Assembly (NCBI GenBank): GCA_046581755.1 | Contig: JAYGFR010000144.1 | Span: 1-28,666 of the forward strand | DNA length: 28,666 bases | Origin: Nitrospinota bacterium | GTDB taxonomy: Bacteria; UBA8248 | Reading direction: 5' to 3' | Shown here: in pieces, positions 1-7,020 of the stretch | Layout of the letters: every line of letters begins with the position of its first letter | How positions within the stretch are numbered: the first letter of the stretch is position 1 | The notes under the pieces: model-generated | Seen by the model: only the letters and a program-made list of their open reading frames with translations | What the model was told of the DNA's origin: nothing | Databases searched by the model: none | Position numbers and translations under genes: made by a program

Positions 1-289
1 GCACCCCGTTGACCGGAGCTACAATACCCACGAGAGCCCCTACGGCGCGGTGGACATGGCCGGAAATGTCTGGGAGTGGGTGAACGACCGGTACGGGAAG
101 GATTACTACCGGAATGCGCCTGAAAGGAACCCCAAAGGACCTGATGCGGGAATTGCGCGCGTTCTCCGTGGGGGCTCCTGGGACATCTACGATTCGGGGT
201 TCTTCCGGGCTGCGTACCGGAACTGGAGCAACCCGTACTTCTGGTTCGACGGCGGGGGGGGATTTCGATGCGCGAAGGCTTCCGGGTAA
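1..289 (+). CDS. FGE-sulfatase (SUMF1/formylglycine-generating-enzyme-like, C-type lectin fold) domain protein, 3' part only; candidate DGR target
   Basis: Frame open from position 2: HPVDRSYNTHESPYGAVDMAGNVWEWV...RVLRGGSW...GFRCAK. The SPYG-DMAGNVWEW, RGGSW and GFRC motifs are characteristic of the family. Truncated by the window start. Confidence 0.9.
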   Translation, partial: HPVDRSYNTHESPYGAVDMAGNVWEWVNDRYGKDYYRNAPERNPKGPDAGIARVLRGGSWDIYDSGFFRAAYRNWSNPYFWFDGGGGFRCAKASG

Positions 290-372
290 CCCTTGGCGCT
301 TTTTCACTTTTACCCTTGGTTTGGATTTTTTTAGAGTAGCCCTTCCTTGGCGAGATGAAGCCATAAAACGAA

Positions 373-399
373 TTACCCGTGCTTACCTACTGCTTACCC
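373..399. repeat. Short direct repeats TGCTTACC x2 (380-387, 391-398) plus TTACCC (373-378); possible integrase arm-type sites
   Basis: Repeats seen directly about 50-70 nt past the tRNA 3' end; function is inferred. Confidence 0.4.
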
Positions 400-401
400 A
401 G

Positions 402-438
402 AAAAAACAACGGGTCAGGGATTACCCGTAACCCGTTG
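402..438 (-). terminator. Intrinsic terminator downstream of tRNA-Ala
   Basis: Minus strand CAACGGGTTACGGG-TAAT-CCCTGACCCGTTG followed by TTTTTT. Confidence 0.7.
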
Positions 439-445
439 ATTTATT

Positions 446-521
446 TGGTGGAGGCGTGGGGGCTCGAACCCCAGACCTCGTGGGTGCGATCCACGCGCTC
501 TCCCAACTGAGCTACGCCCCC
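446..521 (-). tRNA. tRNA-Ala(CGC)
   Basis: Minus strand GGGGGCG TA GCTC AGTTGGGA GAGC G CGTGG ATCGCAC CCACG AGGTC TGGGG TTCGAGC CCCCA CGCCTCC A CCA: 76-nt cloverleaf, G3:U70 Ala identity pair, anticodon CGC, encoded CCA. Confidence 0.97.
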
Positions 522-535
522 CAAAAGGATTTATG

Positions 536-564
536 AAATTAGGTCAACGCTTGGCTGGTGTCAA
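536..564 (-). promoter_or_regulatory. Sigma70-type promoter of tRNA-Ala
   Basis: Minus strand TTGACA (564-559), 17 bp, TAATTT (541-536), 14 nt upstream of the tRNA 5' end. Confidence 0.7.
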
Positions 565-580
565 GCGATAGAAAATTCTC

Positions 581-629
581 AAAAAGGGAGGGCTGGTGAG
601 TAAGCCTACGAGGCTACCCACCAGCCCTC
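581..629 (-). terminator. Last hairpin of the array followed by a U-tract; probable terminator of the nrdJ/array transcript
   Basis: Minus strand GAGGGCTGGTG...CACCAGCCCTC-CC-TTTTT, just upstream of the tRNA promoter. Confidence 0.55.
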
Positions 630-870
630 GGCCCGTCGCAGAGTCCGCCCGTTACCCCCACGACGGGATACTACTTTTTTTTGGCGAGGACCGGAAGGCA
701 AGCCTCCGAGGCCGCCTTCCGGTCCTCATCCTGGTGCAGAGTCCGCCCGTTTGCCCCACACCAGGAAATCTTACTTCCACAAATTGGGGAGGGCCGGCAG
801 ACGAACCGCCTAGGCCGTTTGCCGGCCCTCGTCCCGCCACAGAGTCCGCCCGTTTCCCCCTGTGACGGGA
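586..870 (-). ncRNA. Tandem array of three ~85-nt two-hairpin structured units (unassigned RNA motif) downstream of nrdJ
   Basis: Invariant CAGAGTCCGCCCGTT at 639-653, 737-751 and 840-854, each inside a stem of different sequence. Each is flanked by a 42-nt hairpin (588-629, 686-727, 789-830). Stems show compensatory changes, and G-U pairs favour the minus strand. Confidence 0.7.
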
Positions 871-882
871 AATATCGTCAAA

Positions 883-3800
883 TCACGAACATCCACTTGT
901 CGAGCCGCATGTCATGCATTTGAGGCAAGTGCCATTTCGAACAAGAGAAAAGGACCCACATTCCGAACAAGCCTCCCCTTCGTATCCTTTGGCCTTGGCT
1001 TCTACGCGGACATTTGAATTGGCCGGTTCGGAAATAGCTCTCACCTCGGACCCAGGAACCGCCTCTTGAGTCCCCTGATCAAAAGATCGCCTTTCTGGTG
1101 CGAGATGAAGATGTTCGCTCCGGGGAAGGTCTGGGCTCACTCCCTCGCGCAAGGTTTCAATCACTTCTTCTTCCTCGGCGTCGAACTCGGGAATCTCGTC
1201 CTCGGGCCGGCCGATGGTGTCACCGCGTAAATCCTCAGGCTTGACCTGGACGAGATCGTTCCGGCCGAGGTAGCTGAGCGCCAACTCGCGGAAAATGTAG
1301 TCGATGATGGAAGTGCTCATTTTAATATGTTGATTGCCCTCGACGATGCCGCCCGGCTCGAACCGGGTGAACACGAAGGCGTCCACGAATTCGTCCAGCG
1401 GCACGCCGTGCTGGAGGCCGAGCGATATCGCGATGGCGAAACAGTTCATCAGGCTTCGAAAGGCGGCGCCTTCCTTGTGCATATCGATGAATATCTCGCC
1501 AATCGTCCCGTCGGTGTATTCCCCGGTCCGGAGATAAACCTTGTGACCCCCGACGATGGCCTTCTGGGTGTATCCCGCCCGTCGGGAGGGAAGCTTGCGG
1601 CGGCGCGATTGGTATAAGTAGCGCCGGACGATTTTCTGCGCCACGCGGACGGGGCCGCTTTCGGCCGAGCCCTTCTCGTCGCTATCGAGCCCATCGAACA
1701 AGTCGACCGAAAACTGCGCCGATAGCGGCTGGCTGAGCTTGGAGCCGTCCCGGTAGAGGGCGATGGATTTGGTCATCCGGTTCCAGGACTCCATGTGGAG
1801 GCCCTTGATTTCTTCGATAGTCGCCTCGTTTGGCAGATTAATCGTCTTGCTGATCGAACCGGAGATGAACGGCTGCGCCCCGGCCATCATCCGCACATGG
1901 GCCATGGGGCTGATGTACCGGGTCCCTTCCCGGCCGCACTTGCTCGCGCAGTCGAATATTTCATAGTGCTCTTCCTTGAGGTGCGGGGCGCCCTCCAACA
2001 TCATCATTCCGCATATGTAGCTGTTTGCTTCCTTGATCTGGTCCGGAGTGAAGCCGATGGCTTCAAGGATGCTCAGGTTCCAGTCGGCGAGTTGCTCATC
2101 GTTGAGGCCCAGTTTTTCCCGGCAGAAGTCTTCGCCAAGAGTAATTTTGGTGATGGCAAACTGAAGCTCAAACGCCCCCTCGAGCGCCTCTTCCACCGAT
2201 TCGAGCGCTTTCTCGGTAAACCCTTTTTCGAGGAGCGATTCCGGGTTGATATGAGGCGCATTTTTGAGGCTTCCCCGGCCCCGGCAGTAGGCGACGATCT
2301 CCTTGATCTGTTCTTCGTCGTAGCCCAGCCTTCTGAGGGCCGCCGGTACGGAGTGATTGATTATTTTGAAGTATCCGCCGCCGGCCAGTTTCTTGAACTT
2401 CACAAGTGCGAAGTCGGGTTCGATTCCGGTGGTGTCGCAATCCATCACAAGACCGATCGTGCCGGTGGGGGCGATGACGGTGGCCTGGGCGTTGCGGTAA
2501 CCGTGCCGCTCGCCCAGTTCAAGCGCCTCATCCCAAGCTTTTCGCGCGGCTGATAGAAGGTAGGGTTGACATAGGCTGGGGTCGATCCCGACGGGTGTTT
2601 TGGAAATGCCTTCATATTCCGCAGGAGATGCCGCATACGCCGCCCTGCGGTGATTTCTCACGACGCGCAGCATATCTTCCCGGTTGGCATCGAAGCGCTC
2701 AAAGGGCCCCAGTTCCGAAGCCATTTCCGCACTCGTTGCATACGAGAAACCCGTCATGATGGCCGTGAGCGCGCCGCACCATGCCTCGGCCTGAGGCGAG
2801 TCGTATGGAATTCCGAGCACCATGAGCAGGGTGCCCAAGTTCGCGTAGCCAAGGCCCAGAGTGCGGTACAGGAAAGACCTTTTGGCGATATCCCGGCTCG
2901 GAAATTGGGCCATCAGGACGGAAATTTCGAGTACGACCGTCCAGAGACGGATGGTGTGCCTGTACTCGTCCACCCGGAATCCGCCCGATTCCGTGTCGAG
3001 GAACCGCATGAGATTCATCGAGGCGAGGTTGCAGGCCGTATTGTCGAGGAACATATATTCCGAGCATGGGTTGGAGGCGTTGATTCGGCCTTCCGCCGGA
3101 CAGGTATGCCAATCGTTGATAGTGGTGTCGAATTGAAGGCCCGGGTCCGCGCTGCACCAGGCGGCATATCCGATCTGGTCCCACAAATCCTTGGCCTGGA
3201 GCTCCTTCACGACTACGCCGTCCGTACGGCGGGTCAGCTTCCAAGTCCCGTCGTCCTCGACGGCTTTCATGAATTCATCCTTCAGGCGAACCGTGTTGTT
3301 CGAGTTTTGGCCCGAGACGGTGGCGTATCCTTCGCCTTCCCAGTTGGTGTCCAGTTCATCCAGAAGGATTTCCTTGAACCCTTGCTGGGCGAGTTGAAGC
3401 GCCCGCTGGATGTAGCTGCCCGGGACGCCGGAATTGCGAGCGGCACGGACCGCTTTGCGGAGGTCGGGATTTTCTTCCGGTTGATAGAGCCCGCCGTTCA
3501 ACTCGGCCTGCTTGTTCGGATCGCAAGCGGCGATGATGGCGTTCATATGCCGGTTGCACAACATGCTGCCGGATACCAAGGCGGCTACTTTTTGTTCCTC
3601 TTTCACCTTCCAGTTGATGAATTGTTCAATGTCGGGATGATCGGCATCGAGGATGACCATTTTCGCTGCGCGGCGGGTGGTGCCCCCCGATTTGATGGCG
3701 CCCGCCGCGCGGTCGCCGATTTTCAGGAAGCTCATCAGACCGGAGCTTTTCCCTCCTCCGGAGAGGGGCTCGTTCTCGCCGCGCAGGTTCGAGAAATTGG

Positions 3801-4497
3801 AACCCGTGCCCGAGCCAAACTTGAAGATGCGCGCCTCGCTGACCCAGAGGTCCATGATGCCGCCTTCGTTCACGAGGTCGTCACTGACGGACTGGATAAA
3901 GCAGGCGTGAGGCTGCGGCCTCTCGTATGCATTTTGCGATCGGTTCACTTCTCCGGTGTCGGGGTCGCAGTAGTAATGACCCTGGGCTGGGCCCTCGATT
4001 CCGTAGGCCCAGTGGAGGCCGGTGTTAAACCACTGAGGGGAATTGGGCGCGGCTATCTGGTTGGCAAGCATGTAGGTAATTTCATCGTAAAACGCCCTGG
4101 CATCCTCTTCGCTGTCGAAGTAATTGTTTTTCCATCCCCAATAGGTCCAGCAACCCGCCATTCGGTGAAATAAAACGCGCGAATCCCGTTCCATGCCCAA
4201 CCGCTCGTCCTCTGGAAGAGAGGAAAGAGCTTCTTCATCTGGTATGGAACGCAGGAGCCAATCGGGGACGCCCTCTTCGGGCACTTTTTTGAGCTTCGCT
4301 GGGACCCCCGCTTTCCGGAGGTATTTTTGGGCGATGATATCGACGGCAACCTGGGTCCAGTTTTCGGGAACTAGGATGTCTTTGGCTTCGAATACGATGG
4401 TGCCGTCTGGATTGATGATTCGGGAGATGCGGGGAACGAAGTTGACTTCCCTGCGGGAGCTTTTCCCGGAATGAGTGAAAAGTCGTTCAAATTTCAT
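883..4497 (-). CDS. nrdJ: Vitamin B12-dependent (class II) ribonucleotide reductase, single chain with C-terminal TSCPD-like and Zn-ribbon domains
   Basis: 1204 aa; [33 protein letters not shown] and APTGTIG motifs; C-terminus CSECG...[19 protein letters not shown]. Confidence 0.97.
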   Translation of the reverse strand: MKFERLFTHSGKSSRREVNFVPRISRIINPDGTIVFEAKDILVPENWTQVAVDIIAQKYLRKAGVPAKLKKVPEEGVPDWLLRSIPDEEALSSLPEDERLGMERDSRVLFHRMAGCWTYWGWKNNYFDSEEDARAFYDEITYMLANQIAAPNSPQWFNTGLHWAYGIEGPAQGHYYCDPDTGEVNRSQNAYERPQPHACFIQSVSDDLVNEGGIMDLWVSEARIFKFGSGTGSNFSNLRGENEPLSGGGKSSGLMSFLKIGDRAAGAIKSGGTTRRAAKMVILDADHPDIEQFINWKVKEEQKVAALVSGSMLCNRHMNAIIAACDPNKQAELNGGLYQPEENPDLRKAVRAARNSGVPGSYIQRALQLAQQGFKEILLDELDTNWEGEGYATVSGQNSNNTVRLKDEFMKAVEDDGTWKLTRRTDGVVVKELQAKDLWDQIGYAAWCSADPGLQFDTTINDWHTCPAEGRINASNPCSEYMFLDNTACNLASMNLMRFLDTESGGFRVDEYRHTIRLWTVVLEISVLMAQFPSRDIAKRSFLYRTLGLGYANLGTLLMVLGIPYDSPQAEAWCGALTAIMTGFSYATSAEMASELGPFERFDANREDMLRVVRNHRRAAYAASPAEYEGISKTPVGIDPSLCQPYLLSAARKAWDEALELGERHGYRNAQATVIAPTGTIGLVMDCDTTGIEPDFALVKFKKLAGGGYFKIINHSVPAALRRLGYDEEQIKEIVAYCRGRGSLKNAPHINPESLLEKGFTEKALESVEEALEGAFELQFAITKITLGEDFCREKLGLNDEQLADWNLSILEAIGFTPDQIKEANSYICGMMMLEGAPHLKEEHYEIFDCASKCGREGTRYISPMAHVRMMAGAQPFISGSISKTINLPNEATIEEIKGLHMESWNRMTKSIALYRDGSKLSQPLSAQFSVDLFDGLDSDEKGSAESGPVRVAQKIVRRYLYQSRRRKLPSRRAGYTQKAIVGGHKVYLRTGEYTDGTIGEIFIDMHKEGAAFRSLMNCFAIAISLGLQHGVPLDEFVDAFVFTRFEPGGIVEGNQHIKMSTSIIDYIFRELALSYLGRNDLVQVKPEDLRGDTIGRPEDEIPEFDAEEEEVIETLREGVSPDLPRSEHLHLAPERRSFDQGTQEAVPGSEVRAISEPANSNVRVEAKAKGYEGEACSECGSFSLVRNGTCLKCMTCGSTSGCS

Positions 4498-4508
4498 TTA
4501 AAACGTCC

Positions 4509-4534
4509 TTTTGAATTTCGGGCGAAATTCAAAA
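4509..4534. repeat. Perfect 12-bp inverted repeat abutting the nrdJ RBS
   Basis: TTTTGAATTTCG-GG-CGAAATTCAAAA. Confidence 0.8.
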
Positions 4535-4684
4535 AATACTGGTTATTATCGTATTTTATTCGCCTATTCGTTTTTTTTCAACCCCTGTGCCGAGTACTCT
4601 TTTCTAATTTCGCTATCAAACCAGACTATCTTCCTAAACCCAGAAACAAGGGGTTTAGTTGAGTATATGTTGTATAAGGACTTA

Positions 4685-4714
4685 AAGATATTACACTAGA
4701 TATGGGGTTGTCAA
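4685..4714 (-). promoter_or_regulatory. Sigma70-type promoter of nrdJ
   Basis: Minus strand TTGACA (4714-4709), 18 bp, TATCTT (4690-4685) in an AT-rich intergenic region. Confidence 0.6.
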
Positions 4715-4779
4715 GAATAATTTATGATAATCCACAACAACAGGTGGCATTATTCACATTTTATCCCCAGATATTGTGG
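4693..4779. promoter_or_regulatory. NrdR boxes (4693-4708 and 4764-4779 strong; 4732-4747 weak)
   Basis: ACACTAGATATGGGGT, TCCCCAGATATTGTGG and CCACAACAACAGGTGG versus the NrdR consensus acaCwAtATaTwGtgt; located upstream of an RNR gene; 4732 and 4764 are 32 bp apart. Confidence 0.75.
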
Positions 4780-4854
4780 GTATAAAAATGACAAAAAAGC
4801 AAAATTCCTGGCCGAAAATGGAGTGTTTTTCAGATATAATATAAATTATATAAT

Positions 4855-5814
4855 TTACGGGGAGGAACTTGCGGTTTTTGTTTGCCAATAGGCCAGGGTA
4901 TCTTTCAAAGTTTGCTCGAAAGGGATTTCGGGGCGCCAGCCGGTGGCGTGGGCGAGTTTTGAGTAGGTTGCGGAAAATACACTGGAATCGTTGGGTCTTT
5001 TCTTGGGGTCCTGCTCGATGGAAATGGAAACTTTCGCCAGCGACAGGAGTATATTCAGGGCTTCTCGAATCTTTATCGAGTGGCCGGAGCAAACGAGATA
5101 AGCCTCTCCGGGGGTTCCATGTTCGGCCGCGAGGGCATAGGCCCGGACAACATCGCGTACATCGGAAAAATCCCGCCAGGACTCCAGATTGCCGGTTCGC
5201 ACTATCGGTTCTTTTTCTCCGGCTTCGATTTCCGATATCTGCTTTGCCCAATCGGGTATGGCGAATCCGGTGGCTTGGCGCGGGCCCGCATGGTTCATCG
5301 GCCGCATGCGCACAAGGTGCATTCCATTGGCTTTTGCGATTTGTTCTGAAGCCAGGTCCAGGGCAAGTTTGCTGATGGCATAGGGGTTTTTGGGAGCGAA
5401 GGGGATTTCTTCGTTGATCTCGCCCGAAAGTTCGCCGCCACCGTATATTTCCGCCGAGCCAACGAGAAGGATGCGCACCTGGCTTCCGAGCGCCCTGCAC
5501 GATTCGAGCAGGTGAATCCCTGCGATGAGGTTGGTCTCGAACGTCTTGGCCGGATCGTCCCATGATGCGGCGACAGAACTCTTGGCCGCCAGATGAAATA
5601 CGCGATCGGGGCGGTTGTCTTCGATAATGGCTCGTGTGTTTTCCTTGTCGAGCAAATCGCTCCGGTAGAGAGAAATTCGATCGATGATGTGCTTCAGGTT
5701 ATCCGGCGCGATGTTCGGGAGGGAGATGCCGGAGACTTCATGGCCCTGCGCTAGAAGATGCTCGGCCAAATGACTTCCCGCGAAACCGGCGATGCCCGTA
5801 ATCAGGGCTTTCAC
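4855..5814 (-). CDS. NAD(P)-dependent epimerase/dehydratase, GDP-4-keto-6-deoxymannose reductase (Rmd)-like
   Basis: GTG start at 5814 overlaps the upstream TGA (GTGA coupling); ALITGIAGFAGSHL Rossmann motif, YAISK, NHAGPRQ, GNLESWRDFSDVRD; 319 aa. Confidence 0.85.
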   Translation of the reverse strand: MKALITGIAGFAGSHLAEHLLAQGHEVSGISLPNIAPDNLKHIIDRISLYRSDLLDKENTRAIIEDNRPDRVFHLAAKSSVAASWDDPAKTFETNLIAGIHLLESCRALGSQVRILLVGSAEIYGGGELSGEINEEIPFAPKNPYAISKLALDLASEQIAKANGMHLVRMRPMNHAGPRQATGFAIPDWAKQISEIEAGEKEPIVRTGNLESWRDFSDVRDVVRAYALAAEHGTPGEAYLVCSGHSIKIREALNILLSLAKVSISIEQDPKKRPNDSSVFSATYSKLAHATGWRPEIPFEQTLKDTLAYWQTKTASSSP

Positions 5815-6770
5815 AAACGATCCCGCCAGTAGTCCAGAATGTCCTGAAGGGTCTGCTCGAAGGGTATTTCCGGTTTCCAGCCGGTAGCTTCGCGGAAATT
5901 CGATGAATCCCCCAGAAGGATCGGCACATCCGAAGGCCGCATCCGGGCGGGGTCTTCTTTCACCTCGATGGGCGTGGCCGAGCGGGCGATCAGCATATCC
6001 AGTATTTCTTGGATGGCCCAGGCGGTGCCGGAGGCGATGTTGTACACCTCGCCCGCCTCGCAATGTTGAAGCGAGAGCCAGTAGGCCTTCACTACATCGC
6101 GCACGTCGGTAAAATCCCGCTTGGCTTCCAGGTTTCCCACATAGATCACGGGCTCGCGCCTCCCCTTTTCGGCCTCGACGATTTGCTTGGCGAAATCGCT
6201 GCAAACGAAAACATCCCCACGACGAGGACCGGTATGGTTAAATGCGCGGGTGCGGACGAGTTTCATGCCGTAGCTTTGAAAAAATTGATAGGCGAGCAGG
6301 TCGGTGCCAACCTTGCTCACAGCATAGGGGGAAAGGGGCCTGAGCGGGTTGGATTCCCGGATAGGGGTTTCCTCCGGGTGGACGAGACCGTATTCCTCGC
6401 TGCTTCCGGCGATCTGGATCCAGGGGTCGATGCCGGCCTGGCGTACGCCTTCGAGGAGGTGGAGGGTGCCGATAATGTTGGTGTGGAGGCTTTCTTCTGG
6501 GGCCGTCCAGGAGGCGGGCACAAAGCTTTGGGCCGCCAGGTGAAAAATCCTCGTGGGCCGGATTTCGGCGAGAATCCGGTTGACGGAACCCTGGTCGCGC
6601 AGGTCGCACTCGAGGATTGGGACCCGGGAGGTGAGGTGATCGATATGCTCGGTTCGGCTGCGCCACCGCCGCATGCCGAATATTTCGATATCCTTTAGGG
6701 TGATGAGGTAGTCCACCAAGTGGCTGCCGACGAACCCCGTGATTCCTGTAATTAGAACGCGTTCTGCCAC
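5811..6770 (-). CDS. gmd: GDP-mannose 4,6-dehydratase family protein
   Basis: GTG start at 6770 after AGGAGAAG RBS; LITGITGFVGSHL, HLAAQSFV, SSEEYG, SPYAVSK, FNHTGPRRG, GNLEAKRDF; 319 aa. Gmd versus Rmd assignment is uncertain. Confidence 0.8.
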   Translation of the reverse strand: MAERVLITGITGFVGSHLVDYLITLKDIEIFGMRRWRSRTEHIDHLTSRVPILECDLRDQGSVNRILAEIRPTRIFHLAAQSFVPASWTAPEESLHTNIIGTLHLLEGVRQAGIDPWIQIAGSSEEYGLVHPEETPIRESNPLRPLSPYAVSKVGTDLLAYQFFQSYGMKLVRTRAFNHTGPRRGDVFVCSDFAKQIVEAEKGRREPVIYVGNLEAKRDFTDVRDVVKAYWLSLQHCEAGEVYNIASGTAWAIQEILDMLIARSATPIEVKEDPARMRPSDVPILLGDSSNFREATGWKPEIPFEQTLQDILDYWRDRL

Positions 6771-6805
6771 CGCTTCTCCTTTCAGGGTGCCCGAATGTGG
6801 CCCGA

Positions 6806-6835
6806 ATCCTACTGGGCGCGGCCTTGGCAGGTCAA
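6806..6835 (-). promoter_or_regulatory. Putative sigma70 promoter of the GDP-sugar gene pair
   Basis: Minus strand TTGACC, 18 bp, TAGGAT, about 35 nt upstream of the GTG start. Confidence 0.45.
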
Positions 6836-7020
6836 TGGACCACCGCACGAGAAGAGCGCCCTGAGTCATCCCCGGCTGCCCGCCGAAACTCGGGGGAGCG
6901 GGGGGGAATAGGGATAGGGAGCAGACAGTTTTCGTCTCCAGGAGTATTCTTAGGCGGGATGGCCGAAAGAAAATATTTACAAAATCATCGATTCCGGCGC
7001 TGCCGGATGCGGGAGAAACC

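Noticed and set aside
586..870. CRISPR array or REP/BIME interpretation of the triple repeat
   Set aside because: The invariant part is only 15 nt, the intervening sequences are homologous paired stems rather than unique spacers, and no cas or RAYT gene is present. Stem sequences diverge while the loop is fixed, unlike REPs.
652..885. Selenocysteine readthrough of the nrdJ UGA stop into the in-frame 652..840 ORF, with a hairpin just downstream
   Set aside because: TSGCS is the normal conserved C-terminus of this NrdJ type, and the extension is low-complexity sequence running through the hairpin array.
596..923. Small ORFs 596..865, 652..840 and 681..923
   Set aside because: No convincing RBS or motifs, and repeat periods of 98 and 103 nt do not preserve frame.
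2650..4173. Long antisense ORFs (also 9307..10203, 10385..11365, 16466..17962, 20831..22795, 24543..25451, 25539..26819)
   Set aside because: Shadow frames opposite well-supported genes, expected from high-GC codon bias; no recognisable motifs.
883..4497. Intein or intron in nrdJ
   Set aside because: Length is explained by the usual insert and C-terminal domains; no splice-junction or LAGLIDADG motifs were seen and the ORF is continuous.
4498..4855. Cobalamin riboswitch or foreign insertion in the AT-rich region upstream of nrdJ
   Set aside because: No B12-box consensus; the low GC is explained by the promoter and NrdR sites.
6840..6920. Possible ribozyme or ops/JUMPstart element upstream of the GDP-sugar genes
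   Set aside because: Neither the hammerhead core CUGANGA...GAAA with proper stems nor the ops consensus GGCGGTAG is present.
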